This document shows, piece by piece, positions 1-13,049 of a stretch of 64,000 bases of DNA. The position numbers and the translations under genes are program-made. Origin of the DNA: Eledone cirrhosa (lineage: Eukaryota); assembly GCA_964016885.1 (NCBI GenBank), contig OZ024757.1, forward strand, positions 24,490,001 to 24,554,000, read 5' to 3'. The first letter of the stretch is position 1; the number at the start of each line of letters is the position of its first letter. Below the pieces are notes generated by a model. It searched no databases. It was not told the origin of the DNA and was given only the letters and a program-made list of their open reading frames with translations.

Positions 1-45
1 TATTATCACCTAGAAACGATCGTAAAGCAGTGAAGTATATTCCTA

Positions 46-56
46 ATGTATACATG

Positions 57-90
<34 letters not shown>

Positions 91-401
91 TATATATATA
101 TATGTATATATAGATATATATATACATATATACATATATATATATATACACATATATACATATATATATATATACATATATATACACATATATATATATA
201 TGTATATATACATAAATACATACATATATATATATATGTATATATACATAAATACATACATATATATATATATATACATAAATACATACATATATATATA
301 TATACATACATATATACATATATATATATACATACATATATATATACATATATATATACATATATATATACATATATATATATACATACATATATATATA
401 C

Positions 402-438
<37 letters not shown>

Positions 439-496
439 CACATATATATATATATATATATACATACATATATATATATATATATACATACATATA

Positions 497-532
<36 letters not shown>

Positions 533-584
533 TACATAATCATCATTGTTTAACATCTATTTTATACATATATATATGTGTGTG

Positions 585-640
<56 letters not shown>
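46..640. repeat. (TA)n/(TACA)n/(CA)n compound microsatellite (representative of dozens in the window)
   Basis: Direct reading; such tracts generate the Y/I/C/V/H/T pseudo-ORFs. Confidence 0.95.
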
Positions 641-1320
641 CACAGGCATACACAAAGACCACCATGTTGTGTTTTGATTCAACAACTACTGTCTGCACAG
701 GGATATCTAGGACTACATTATCCAATGTACACATTGTTATATTTTGTTTATTAAAACAGTGGTGACTGCTCTGAGTAAAATTTAACTATAATTTCTAACA
801 AACATCATAACAAGTGGCCATCTACATCCACTAAACCTGCTAAAAATAGCAGCCAAATCTCCTTTAAATTTCACACTACCTACCATTTAAATAAAAAGAG
901 CTATTTCTGAATATAATTACAAATAAACACCAAACGGGTAGGATATGGTCACCTCGGTTGGAATGTGGTTGATCACAGATCGGTGATGACCTTGGGCTAA
1001 ACAAAAACGGTGGTGTAGTGGTGGTGTGGTTGGCATGGCAGAGAGGGTTGGCAGTGGGGGGGGGGGGGGGGGGGGGGGGGGGTGTTAGTCCCTGCCCTCC
1101 TTACAACTCATTCCCCACCCCCAACCCTCTCTCCTGAATACCTGACAGCTACAAGGAGGACACACTATATTGCACCTGAGGCTCAGAGAGTGAGAGCAAC
1201 AAACTGGTGCACAGAGCAGCAGAAAGGTGGTGCGAGGAGGGGGAAGGGGGGGGTTAAGAGCTGACATGTATGTCTTGCAAAATATAACAATAACAGCACT
1301 AATAATAATATATAATTATG

Positions 1321-1358
<38 letters not shown>

Positions 1359-1445
1359 GAAAGAGAGAGAGAGACGCAAATAATTAGAACTTTCAAATAA
1401 ATGTTTTATATGGTGGTCGTGGTGGTGTCTTCGTCATGGTGGTGG

Positions 1446-1606
1446 TGAAGAAGAAGAAGAAAAAGGGAAAAGAAGAAAAAGAAGAAAAAAGAAAAAGAAA
1501 AAAAAGAAGGAAAAAAAGAAAAAAGAAAGAAAAGAAAAGAAAAGAAAAGAAAAGAAAAGAAAAGAAAAGAAAAGAAAAGAAAAGAAAAGAAAAGAAAAAG
1601 AAAAAG
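1446..1606 (+). repeat. (GAAAA)n polypurine repeat
   Basis: Direct reading. Confidence 0.9.
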
Positions 1607-1883
1607 ACTAAGAATAATTACGATGATGATGTTTGCCACAAGGGTGTGAGATGTGAGAATGTTTCATTAGAAATGTGGTATAGAGGAGGGTGGGGGGGAT
1701 AAAGAATCAGGGGTGTGGGGGAGGGGCAGTTATGCAACTGTTGCAGTGATTGGTTGGTTCTTAATGAGGTTAGTCTTTTAAAAAAGAAACCTGTATATAT
1801 AATGTATGCAGGGGTGGGGAGCAGATGTGGGGAAGGGACACATATATACACACATATATTTATATATACAGATATATATATAC

Positions 1884-1919
<36 letters not shown>

Positions 1920-2101
1920 GTGTGTATTTATATATATATATATATATAAACATATATATATATATATATATACACATATATATATATACACACACATATA
2001 TATATATATATACACATATATATATATATATATAAACATATATATATATAAACATATATATATACACACACATATATATATATACATATATATGTGTATA
2101 T

Positions 2102-2171
<70 letters not shown>

Positions 2172-2217
2172 ATGTATATATATATATATATATATACATA
2201 CACATATATATATAATG

Positions 2218-2520
2218 GAGGCACATGGCTCAGTGGTTAGAGTATTGGCCTTGCAATCGAAAGGTTGTGAGTTCAATTCTCAGAGCAAGACACTTTATTT
2301 CACATTGCTCCAGTTTACTCACCTGTAGAAATGAGGGGTCCCTATCATTCCACTGCAAAGTGGTCGTGGAGATGCCATGGCAAAAAAGCACCCAGCACTC
2401 ACTGTAAATGAGGTTGGTGTTAGGAAGGGCATCCAGCTGTAGAAATCAAGCCAGAATCAGTTCCTGTCCCACCCTTGCAAGCAGGGAAAAGCGGACGTAA
2501 AATGAAATGATGATGATGAT
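2218..2520 (+). mobile_element. tRNA-derived SINE family A with RTE-type 3' tail
   Basis: A-box TGGCTCAGTGG, B-box-like GTTCAATTC, tail CCCACCCTTGCAAGCAGGGAAAAGCGGACGTAAAATG(ATG)n shared with RTE fragment 3570-3800. Further copies at about 10185-10620(-), 20562-20893(+), 30566-30893(-), 31915-32308(-), 46480-46745(-), 47820-48172(-), 50715-51032(-), 54850-55185(-), 55348-55565(+), 55843-56340(-). Confidence 0.85.
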
Positions 2521-2532
2521 ATACATATATAT

Positions 2533-2575
<43 letters not shown>

Positions 2576-2738
2576 TATATATACACATATATATATATAA
2601 ACATATATATATATATATACATATATATACACACATATATATACAGATATATATATATACACATATATATATAAACATATATATATATACACACATATAT
2701 ATATACACACACATATATATATACACACACACTTATAT

Positions 2739-2795
<57 letters not shown>

Positions 2796-3512
2796 TATAT
2801 ATATATAAACACACATATATATATATATATATGTAAACACACATATATATATACATATATATATATAAACACACATATATATATGTATAAACACACACAT
2901 ATATATATATACATATATATATAAGGATCGATCGACTTTCGTCAAATCGGACCGAGGAAACAATGTTTCCGTTGGTCTTTCCAATTGCTAGTATTATCTA
3001 TCGGTCACAACTCCAGGTAGATATATACACACACATATATATAAACATATATACATATATAAACATATATACATATATAAACATATATATACACATATAT
3101 ATAAACATATATATGTATATATATATACATATATAAACATATATATACACACATATATAAACATATATATATATATATATATATACATATATAAACATAT
3201 ATATATATACACACATATATAAACATATATATATATATACACATATATATAAACATATATACATATATAAACATATATACATATATAAACATATATATAT
3301 ATACATATATATACATACACACATATATATATATACACACATATATTTATACGCACATATATATATACACATATATACATATATAAACATATATATATAT
3401 ACATACATATATAAATATATATATACATACATAAACATATATATATATGCATACATAAATATATATATACATATATAAACATATATATATACATACATAT
3501 ATAAATATATAT

Positions 3513-3555
<43 letters not shown>

Positions 3556-3569
3556 TAAAAATATAACAA

Positions 3570-3800
3570 CCGATGGGTGAAGAAGTGCCAGGAAATGCCA
3601 GTTGAAGGAAGACGTGGTCGAGGTAGACCACGAAAAACATGGGCGGAGGTGGTGAGAACAGACCTCAGAAAATTGAAGCTCATGGTGGAGATGACGAGGG
3701 ACCGTGACGAGTGGAGAGATGCTGTGCTGAATAAGACCCGTCCCACCCTTGCAAGCAGGGAAAAGCGGACGTAAAATGATGATGATGATGATGATGATGA
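3570..3800 (+). mobile_element. RTE LINE 3' fragment (second family)
   Basis: [27 protein letters not shown]...RDEWR plus (GAT)n tail; related fragments at 9648-10160 and 51050-51270. Confidence 0.85.
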
Positions 3801-3889
3801 TATAAACATACTAGCGTGGAAGATAGCCGTTAAACGATGATTATGATGATATATATATGTATATATATATATATATATATACATACATA

Positions 3890-6800
3890 CAGGGTCGCGC
3901 TAACGAGGTTGTAGAAATGCTTGAACGTAAGGAGGTCGATGTTTGTTGTATTCAAGAGACCAGGTGGAGGGGTGGGTCTGCTAGGTTCATTGAGGGTAAA
4001 AAACGATGTTATAAGCTTTTCTGGGTGGGAAACGACGATGGGCTGGGTGGAGTAGGAATCATGGTAGCAGAAAAGTGGGCAGATAAGATAATAGACGTAA
4101 ATAGAGTGAACGACAGAATAATTAAAATACGACTTGTCCTCAATAGAACTACGGTGACAGTAATATCTGCGTACGCACCCCAATCCGGACTGCCCGGCAC
4201 TATAAAAGACAGATTCTATGAGACACTGATGCTAACTCCCTCCCAAATATCCGACAGTGACTATATAATTATCGCAGGCGACCTAAATGGTCACGTTGGA
4301 CAACATTGTGACGGCTACGACGAAATCCATGGAGGCTATGGGTTTGGTACTAGAAATGAGGAAGGCTCCAGAATCCTGGAATTCTGTGATGCAAATAACC
4401 TAACTATCTGTAACACTAACTTAAAAAAACGTGACAATCACCTGATCACCTATAGATCCGGGGAACACACAAGCCAGGTAGATTATATCCTTACCAGAAG
4501 ACGTGACAGAGTGTCTGTTGTAAACACTAAATCCCTCCCCCATGAAGAATGCACCTCCCAACATAGACTGATAATTAGCGACCTCATAGTCAGGACGAGA
4601 CGTACTCGACAGCAGAAGAGGACTATCCTCAGGAGAAAAATATGGAAGCTAAAGGACCCCACAGCCAGGAATAAATTTCAAAGCATATTACTTGATGCTT
4701 TCGACAGTAAGGAAGAACATTTAGAGTCGGACAATATAGAGGGAGAGTGGGAATTTCTGAAAGCAAAACTGCTGTTGGCGACAGACGAAGTCTGTGGCTG
4801 GAGCAGGCCTGTAGGCAGGAGGAGAGTAACATGGTGGTGGAACAGTAAGGTGGAGGGGTCAATTAAGGCCAAAAAGCAGGCTTGGAAAGTATGGCGGGAT
4901 GGGGGAAGTAGAGAAGACTATCAAGTGGCCAGGAGGGAAGCTAGGAGAGAAGTGTACTTAGCAAGAAGGGAAGCTGAGGAAAGAAAGTTCAAGCATGTTC
5001 TACAACGCGATGACCAAAAACGTGAGGTGTTCAGGATTGCTAGGCAATGCGTCAAGGAAAACCGTGATATTGTCGGGGAGAAGTGTGTACTAAACGACGA
5101 TGGCACACTTGCCATCACTGACGCTGATAAGAAGGTAGCTTGGAAGTGTCACTATGAAAGGCTACTAAATGAGGAGAATAAATGGGAGAAAGACAGTCTC
5201 CCCCATATCGACCCAATAGAGGGACCAGCAGTGTTAGTCGAGGGGAGTATAATAAGTAAGGCAATCAAGGATATGAAGACGGGTAAGGCGGCTGGGCCTT
5301 CGGAAATAGTTGCTGAGATGCTGAAGGCATCTGGCACGGTGGGACACACCATGGTCACCCGCATAGTTAACCAAGTCGTACAGAATGGGGTTGTTCCGAA
5401 GGACTGGCATAGCAGCATCATCGTTAACTGTTATAAGGGTAAAGGAGACGCCCTAGATAGGAGTAACTATAGAGGCATTAAATTAATCGACCAGGTCATG
5501 AAGGTCACGGAAAAAGTAATAGCGCAACTAATCAGAGAGAGAATTGACCTAGATGAAATGCAGTTCGGGTTTGTGTCAGGCAAAAGTACCACAGACGCTC
5601 TTTTCATAGTACGACAACTACAGGAGAAGTACCTAACTAAAGGTAAACCCCTCTACTTAGCTTTTGTCGACTTGGAGAAAGCCTTCGACAGAGTCCCCCG
5701 CTCCATTATCTGGTGGGCTCTTAGAAAACTAGGCGTTGACGAATGGCTTGTGAGGGCTATACAAGCCATGTATAAAGAAACAGTCAGCAAGGTTAGAATT
5801 AACAACGAATATAGTGAAGAGTTTAGCGTAAAAGTTGGCGTCCATCAGGGCTCTGTTCTCAGCCCACTACTATTTATTATTGCCCTTCAGGCTATAACAG
5901 AGGAGTTCAAGACAGGCTGCCCATGGGAACTCCTATACGCAGACGACCTGACACTCATAGCGGAATCAATGGCCGAGCTGGAGAAGAAATTCCAAACATG
6001 GAAGCACGGCCTAGAGTCAAAAGGACTTAAAATTAACCTGGCTAAGACCAAAGTTCTAGTTTGTAGGAAAGAAAACAAGGCGGCGGTCCCTTCTGGGAAA
6101 TGGTCGTGCTCGGTGTGTAGGGAAGGCGTAGGTAGAAACTCCATTTTATGTCCTAAATGCAAAGTATGGGTGCATAAAAGATGTAGTGGGATCACAGGTA
6201 AGCTAACTAAGAACATAGATTTTACATGTGGCCGGTGCTCTGGTGCAATAAGTAGCAGCAAGTGCCCACAAAATACTAGCTCTTTCAATTGCGCAGAGGG
6301 TTCTATAGAAATAGTGGACAGCTTCCGTTACCTGGGCGATAAAATCAGCAGTGGGGGAGGGTGCTCTGAAAGTACTGTAGCTAGAGTCAGAACTGGTTGG
6401 AAAAAGTTCAGAGAGCTTATACCACTATTAGCTGCTAAAGGGTTCTCACTAAAAATGAAAGGCAGGTTGTACGATGCCTGCATACGAACAGCAATGCTGC
6501 ATGGCAGTGAGACCTGGGCATTGTGTGCAGAGGATATACGCAGACTAGAGAGGAACGAAGCTTGCATGCTCCGCTGGATGTGTAACAGTAATATACGTGA
6601 ACGGCAAAGCATAAACGAACTAAGGAAAAAATTAGAGATAAGAGGGATCAGATGTTGTTTACTCGAGAGAAGGCTACGTTGGTATGGACACGTGATGCGC
6701 ATGAAAGTCGATAGCTGTATAACAAAGTGCAGGGCAATAAAGATAGACGGTAGTCACGGAATAGGCAGACCTAGAAAAACCTGGGACGAGCTGATAAACT

Positions 6801-6892
6801 CCGACATCACACACTTACACCTCTCCAAGACAATGTCACTGGACCGAGACCTTTGGCGGTACTCAGTAACAGAGAAGACCCGCCTTACCTAG
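3890..6892 (+). CDS. RTE ORF: AP endonuclease + reverse transcriptase + PHD-like C4HC3 finger
   Basis: About 1000 aa without stops. The ORF-track start at 3857 lies in flanking (TA)n and is not the real start. Confidence 0.88.
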   Translation, partial: QGRANEVVEMLERKEVDVCCIQETRWRGGSARFIEGKKRCYKLFWVGNDDGLGGVGIMVAEKWADKIIDVNRVNDRIIKIRLVLNRTTVTVISAYAPQSGLPGTIKDRFYETLMLTPSQISDSDYIIIAGDLNGHVGQHCDGYDEIHGGYGFGTRNEEGSRILEFCDANNLTICNTNLKKRDNHLITYRSGEHTSQVDYILTRRRDRVSVVNTKSLPHEECTSQHRLIISDLIVRTRRTRQQKRTILRRKIWKLKDPTARNKFQSILLDAFDSKEEHLESDNIEGEWEFLKAKLLLATDEVCGWSRPVGRRRVTWWWNSKVEGSIKAKKQAWKVWRDGGSREDYQVARREARREVYLARREAEERKFKHVLQRDDQKREVFRIARQCVKENRDIVGEKCVLNDDGTLAITDADKKVAWKCHYERLLNEENKWEKDSLPHIDPIEGPAVLVEGSIISKAIKDMKTGKAAGPSEIVAEMLKASGTVGHTMVTRIVNQVVQNGVVPKDWHSSIIVNCYKGKGDALDRSNYRGIKLIDQVMKVTEKVIAQLIRERIDLDEMQFGFVSGKSTTDALFIVRQLQEKYLTKGKPLYLAFVDLEKAFDRVPRSIIWWALRKLGVDEWLVRAIQAMYKETVSKVRINNEYSEEFSVKVGVHQGSVLSPLLFIIALQAITEEFKTGCPWELLYADDLTLIAESMAELEKKFQTWKHGLESKGLKINLAKTKVLVCRKENKAAVPSGKWSCSVCREGVGRNSILCPKCKVWVHKRCSGITGKLTKNIDFTCGRCSGAISSSKCPQNTSSFNCAEGSIEIVDSFRYLGDKISSGGGCSESTVARVRTGWKKFRELIPLLAAKGFSLKMKGRLYDACIRTAMLHGSETWALCAEDIRRLERNEACMLRWMCNSNIRERQSINELRKKLEIRGIRCCLLERRLRWYGHVMRMKVDSCITKCRAIKIDGSHGIGRPRKTWDELINSDITHLHLSKTMSLDRDLWRYSVTEKTRLT

Positions 6893-7295
6893 ATATATAG
6901 TAAAACCTACTCCAGCCAGTAGGCATCTCTAACAAAATACACCCCGTCCCACCACCACCACCCCCACCCCATCCACACCACCCCGTTCTATGTAAAGTTA
7001 TGTTGGTGCCGCGCCATCGAGGCCGAAACAAATGAGATCGTGTAGGTGTCATGACAAAAAAACACAGTCCACGCTGTAATGTGGCCGTGTAGGCAACACG
7101 GTAAAAACCTCCCAGACCCACACTGTAAATGTGGTTGGTGTTAGGAAGGGCATCCAACTGTAGAAAACCTGCCAGGCAGTCCTATGCGAGCAAGACAATC
7201 ACTCTTGCCTCAAGTGGGACTACCCCCGTCCAAACCCATGCAAGCGTGGAACACGGACGTTAAACGTTGATGATGATGATGATGATGATGATGAT
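3890..7295 (+). mobile_element. RTE-clade LINE, near full length, 5'-truncated at start of APE domain
   Basis: Open ORF to 6892 with APE ([28 protein letters not shown]), RT ([30 protein letters not shown]) and C-terminal GRPRKTW; about 400-bp 3' UTR ending in (GAT)n. Confidence 0.95.
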
Positions 7296-7384
7296 ACATG
7301 CAGTAATTATTTATATTACCAAAAAAATAAATAGACCAAAATTTGCATAACAATTGAAAACTCTCCAATTCACCTATATATAAA

Positions 7385-7520
7385 TATATCGTTTCTGAAT
7401 TTGTTTAGCAAGATTCTTTATCTGAAATCGTGTGTTGAAACCGATATTGTTATACTTTGGGAGGGTCATGTTGCCAATAAGATGACAACATTGGCAACAT
7501 GACCCTCCCAAAGTATAACA

Positions 7521-7524
<4 letters not shown>
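7385..7524. mobile_element. Fold-back 3'-end fragment of Penelope-like element
   Basis: 35-bp inverted arms 7444-7478/7490-7524; reverse complement of 7395-7475 aligns with 13835-13915, downstream of the GIY-YIG relic. Confidence 0.7.
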
Positions 7525-7559
<35 letters not shown>

Positions 7560-7561
<2 letters not shown>

Positions 7562-8006
7562 AAAGCTCTATTTAAATTGTTGGGATACAACAAGCAAATA
7601 TTTTTATAACAGATATAAAGCACTCAACAAGTATTTGGAGTAAACATACGATATTAACAAATGGAAACTATATTTATAAAACCATATTTATTTCATTATA
7701 CATATTTCAAGGACACCAAGTTAAATTATGGTGTGCTTTCATCAGACAAAATATAATATAGATCAGTTTTATAAATAAATATTGACATACCCTTAAAAAA
7801 TGGAACCATTACTGCAACCATTACTATCCAGGAGCTTCCAACAGTAATGGTTGCATTTTTTAAGGGTATGTCAATATTTATTTATAAAACTGATCTATAT
7901 TATATTTTGTCTGATGAAAGCACACCATAATTTAACTTGGTGTCCTTGAAATATGTATAATGAAATAAATATGGTTTTATAAATATAGTTTCCATTTGTT
8001 AATATC

Positions 8007-8010
<4 letters not shown>
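7560..8010. mobile_element. Palindromic hammerhead-bearing element, family P1 (Penelope-like pseudo-LTR inversion)
   Basis: About 170-bp inverted arms 7646-7814/7842-8010 plus an unduplicated tail 7560-7645, flanked by (TA)n; homologous to 12315-12738. Confidence 0.75.
7897..7972 (+). ncRNA. Minimal type I hammerhead ribozyme motif (mirror copy about 7684-7759 on minus)
   Basis: CTGATGA 7911-7917; stem II AAGCACACC/GGTGTCCTT; GAAA 7948-7951; self-complementary helix III ATATGTAT; AUA site; helix I ATATTATATTTTGT/ATGAAATAAATAT with G.U pairs and one bulge. Confidence 0.7.
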
Positions 8011-8063
<53 letters not shown>

Positions 8064-8224
8064 TATATATATATATATACACACAATATATATGTAGGAG
8101 GTGAGTAATATTGTAGAACAATAAAACTATGCATATATCAGATAAATAGCACATAATAAAATATATGGAACTTTTTTAACCATCTTTTAATTTCTTCTCT
8201 CACATAATATATATATATATATAT

Positions 8225-8840
8225 ATGGTGGCTGCCAACTCGTTTTCGAGTACGGCCACTACTTTATGTCCATGTAGGAGAACCCCTACCGATGCGCTGA
8301 ACGAGTGTGACTGTTGAGTCCAGCCAGCGACTTGAAAACTCTGATACAAACACTACACTTGTGACAATTATTGACACATAGTGCTGGGCCCATGGTACCA
8401 TGTGACGACAAGTGCAGAGAGATCTCCAGATATAAAGCAATGCCTGTGCTGTGAAGCTTTTATAGTGAGCAAAGGCACTGCACAAAGCCAGTCCCACTCT
8501 CTTAACCAAGATGATATTTACCAAAAAGAAGAACAAGTCAACATGATTGGATACCATCAGGGTTGCAGGTGTTATATCAGAGTTTTCCTTCTTCTAGAAT
8601 TCTGCTTTGACAAAGGCTAAGGGGTCATCATCTCTCCCGGTGATTTTGGATGGCCATTGACTCTTAAGAGCTCCTTTGCCCTTTGACAGGTTTTGTTTTT
8701 AGTCCTGCAGGATGTCCAAAGTCACCCTCCTCACCAAAAAAACTTGGTGGGGTTGCCAGTTTAGTCGCCAACGACCCGACCATGAGACAGGTTGTACTGG
8801 GATACATGTTACCAGTAGCATCAACTGGTGACCTGACATA
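8225..8840 (-). mobile_element. About 610-bp non-autonomous element with C2H2 zinc-finger 3' end (RTE-derived, internally deleted type)
   Basis: Homologous to 26462-27072(+) and 19385-19770(-); encodes CSVCIRVFKSLAGLNSHTRSAH*; flanked by (TA)n. Confidence 0.7.
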
Positions 8841-8992
8841 TATATATATATATATATACACATATATATACATACATATATGTGTGTGTATATATATATA
8901 TATATATATGTCTGTGTGTGTACATACATATATATATATATATATATATGTATATATGTCTGTGTGTGTGTGTGTGTGTGTACATATATATG

Positions 8993-9023
<31 letters not shown>

Positions 9024-9472
9024 TTATATGTGTGTGTATATATATATATATTTATTTATACATGCATAAGGGTGGTTGGTGACAGGAAGGGCACCCTGCT
9101 GTAGAAACGATGTTTAAAAGGGTTGAGAGGACTCTTCACTTGAGTCAATGACACAACAACCTCTCTAGTGTTGGTGATCTACACTAGAAATGCACCCAGT
9201 ACACACCGTAAACTGGTTGGTGATAAGAAGGGCATGCAGCCATAGATATTTTGCCAAACATGGGTTGGGAGGACCCTTCAGTTTGTGTCAAAAGACACAG
9301 CAACCTATCCTGTGCACATGAGATCATACATAAGTGAGATGACAGACCCCCCCCCCCCCCCCCCCCCCGCAGCCTGTGTGGGCAGTCAGTGGCCTCACAT
9401 CAGTACTGGCTTGACCTATGTAGACCTATCCAAGCCTTGGTAGCAAGGAAAGTGGACATTAAACAATCATGA

Positions 9473-9608
<136 letters not shown>

Positions 9609-10719
9609 TGTGTGTGTGTGTGTATATATATATACACACATATATATAAGGACAGGTTGGAAGAAGTTTAGGGAACTGCTTCCTCTGTTGACAAAGAAGG
9701 GTTTCTACCTGCATACGAAAAGACGGTTATATGATGCCTGTGTGAGATGCGCGATGCTGCAAGGTAGTGAGACATGGGTACCAACTGCAGAGGATATGCG
9801 ACGTCTGGAGAGGAATGAAGCAAGTATCCTCCGTTGGATGTGCAATGTCAATGTGCGTGAACGACCAAGCATAGACGAGTATAAGAGGGATAAGTTGTGG
9901 TGTGAAGGAGAGATGGCATGGACATGTGATGCGCATGGAGGATGACCGCTGGGTAAAGAAGTGCCAAGAAATCCCAGTAGAAGGAAGACACAGTAGAGGT
10001 AGACCACAAAAAATATGGGCGGAGGTGGTGAGAGCTGACTTCAGGTCGCTGAAACTCACCGAGGAGATGACAAAGGACCATGACAAGTGGAGAGATGCTG
10101 TACTGAATAGAATCCATCCAACCCTTGTAAGCAGGGTAAAGCGGACGTAAAATGATGAAGATATATATACATATATCATCAACATCATCATCACCGTTTT
10201 ACGTCCGTTCTTCCACACTAGCATGGGTTAGACGGGTTGTGGGCAGTCTCTGGTCGGCTGACCTTGTCTTGCTCATACAGGAACTGATTCTGGCTTGATT
10301 TCTACAGCTGGATGCCCTTCCTAACACCAACCTCATTTACAGTGAGGGCTGGGTACTTTTTTGCCGTGGCACCTACATGTCCACTTTACAGTGTGGGCTG
10401 GGTGCTTTTTTTGCTGTGGGACCTCCACGACCACTTTGCAGTGGAATGATAGGGACCCCAGTCCTATAATCTCACTTCTACAGCTGAGTAAACTGGAGAA
10501 ATGTGAAATAAAGTGTCTTGCTCCAGGAAACAACACATCACCCGGTCTGAGAATTGAACTCACAAACTTTCAATTGCAAGCCCAACCCAATGCTTTAACC
10601 ACTAAGCCATGCGCCTTCACTCTTCATATATATATATATATATATATAAGGGCAGTGCCCCAGCATGGCCTCAGCCAGATGGCTGGAACAGGTAAAAGAG
10701 TAAAAACTAAAAGAGTAAC

Positions 10720-10753
<34 letters not shown>

Positions 10754-10804
10754 CCAAACCCATGCAAGCATGGAAGATGGACGTTAAACGATGATGATGA
10801 TGAT

Positions 10805-10867
<63 letters not shown>

Positions 10868-10925
10868 TTATGTATATATATGTGTGCGTATATATATGTG
10901 TGTGAATATATATATATATATACAT

Positions 10926-11128
10926 ACGAGGGTGGGCTGAAAAGTTCATAGACTGACTATAAAGGAGTGTTGTTAGAATTATAAATCTTGTATACATTAA
11001 TTTAAACACTTTTTTTTAATTAATAACTGCATTGTTTCTTCCTAGGGACTATGTTGAAAAATAAACCCCCATTTGGTCATTCCACGAGAGTATCTTAGTC
11101 AGTTTATGAACCTTTTTGCTGGCCCTCA
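10926..11128. mobile_element. Mariner-type MITE
   Basis: TA|CGAGGG...AAAAGTTCATA and TATGAAC...CCCTCATA imperfect TIRs; homologue at 62637-62830. Confidence 0.65.
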
Positions 11129-11489
11129 TACACACACATATATATATATATATATAAATGTGAGAACATAAATTCAGCAAATGGCTCGAATAAGAGTTGA
11201 TCACTCTAAATAATAACTTATAAAATTGGGTAAAATACACCTAGAGACACATATACATATGCACACACATATATAACATACACAGCATACACATACACAC
11301 ACATACACAGCATAGTCACAACATATAAATACACGCATAACATGTGTGCAGGCACACACACATACATACACAACAAACGCATACACATGTGCACACACAC
11401 ATGCATACATACACACAACATATGCACGCATATACACAGAACACACTCACGCAGACAATATGTACATGCTAACACACACAATTGTTACC

Positions 11490-12070
11490 TCTAACCACTA
11501 ACACTAACTATAGCCTACACAACCACCACCACTACCTCTAACATCACAACTACTACTACTGCAACCATAACCACTATCACCACCACCTCTACTACCACAA
11601 CCACCATCATCAATGCTACTGTCACCACCACCACCACCAACAATAACTACCACCACCACCTACTACCACCACAACCACTATCATCACTGCTACCACCACC
11701 ACCAACTACCACCACAACCACCACCATCACTGCTATCATCACCACTGTCACCACCACCACTATCACCACTGTCACAACAACCACTACCACCACCACCACC
11801 ACCACTATCACCACCATCACCACTGTCACCACAACCACGACCACCACCATCTCCACTATCACCACCACCAACAACAACAACCACCAAAAACAATAACCAC
11901 CACCATCACTGCTATCATCACCACTGTCACCACCACCACTATCACCACCATTACCACCGTCACCACCACCACTATCACCACCATTACCACTGTCACCACA
12001 ACCACCACCACCACTACCACTATCATCACCATCACCACTGTCACCACCACCAATCACCACCACCACCACC
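11490..12070. repeat. Degenerate (ACC)n/(ACT)n trinucleotide tract
   Basis: Direct reading. Confidence 0.85.
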
Positions 12071-12314
12071 ATACCTGTCTGGCCTACATATCTGTTCAGT
12101 GATATCACCTGTTTGAATTTATGATGAAGGCTGGATGGTAGTAGTAGTGGTAGGGGTGGTGGTAGTGATGGTGGTGGTGGTGATGGTAATAGTAGTAGTA
12201 GTAGTAAATGAATGGTAGAATGGTTGACCAATGCCTTGTGAGTGAAATTTGCTAGATGGTAACTATGCAAAAGCCCATCGTATACATATATACTTATATA
12301 TATATATATATACA

Positions 12315-12738
12315 ATATATTAACAAATGGAAACTATATTTATTTCATTATACATATTTCAAGGACACCAAAGTACATTACGGTGCACTTTCATCAGATC
12401 AAATATAATATAGATCAGTTTTATAAACAAATATTGCCATACCCTTAAAGAATGCGACCATTTCTATCCGGGAGCTTCCAACAGAAATGGTCGCATTCTT
12501 TAAGGGTATGTCAATATTTGTTTATAAAATTGATCTATATTATATTTTATCTGATGAAAGCGCACCATAATTTACTTTGGTGTCCTTGAAATATGTATAA
12601 TGAAATAAATATGATTTTATAAATATAGTTTCCATTTGTTAATATATCGTATTTTTACTCCAATAATTTGTTGAGTGCTTTATATCAGTTATAAAAATAT
12701 TTGCTTGTTGTATCCCAACAAATTAAATATAACTTCTA
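12315..12738. mobile_element. Palindromic hammerhead-bearing element, family P1 copy 2
   Basis: Arms about 12315-12465/12483-12647, tail 12648-12738; CTGATGA 12551-12557, GAAA 12588-12591, mirror TCATCAG at 12391. Confidence 0.75.
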
Positions 12739-12759
12739 CATATATATATATATATGTGT

Positions 12760-13015
12760 GTGAAAGCATGTGACTGAGGGGTTGGAGAATTGAATTCGCA
12801 ATTGTGAGGTTGTGATTTTGATTCTCGGATCGGCTGATGCATTGTGTCCATGAGCAAGACACTTTATTTCACATTGCTCCTTCTGCCCGGATTTGCAACC
12901 GACAGATAGTATTAGCAATTGGAAAGACCAATGGAAACATTGTTTCCTCGGTCCGAATTGACGAGCTCCACCTCACTTGTTAAGCGAATGAAGTCTGGGA
13001 TCTTATTGATCAACT
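12760..13015 (-). mobile_element. SINE family D
   Basis: Contains GGACCGAGGAAACAATGTTTCCATTGGTCTTTCC body also seen at 2925-3020, 17900-18200 (tandemly repeated) and 56580-56790. Confidence 0.6.
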
Positions 13016-13049
13016 GTCAATATGTATGTGTGTATGTGTGTGTGTGCTA

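Noticed and set aside
1406-1702. Lys/Arg-rich and Phe-rich ORFs
   Set aside because: (GAAAA)n repeat
6-3640. Long Y/I/C/V/H/T-rich ORFs here and throughout the window
   Set aside because: Translations of (TA)n/(CA)n microsatellites that lack stops by composition
3857-3889. ATG start of the 1011-aa ORF
   Set aside because: Lies in flanking microsatellite; the true LINE N-terminus is truncated
4009-6702. Antisense ORFs over the RTE copies
   Set aside because: Shadow frames of the LINE ORF
11613-12315. Pro/His- and Gly/Val-rich ORFs
   Set aside because: Trinucleotide low-complexity tract
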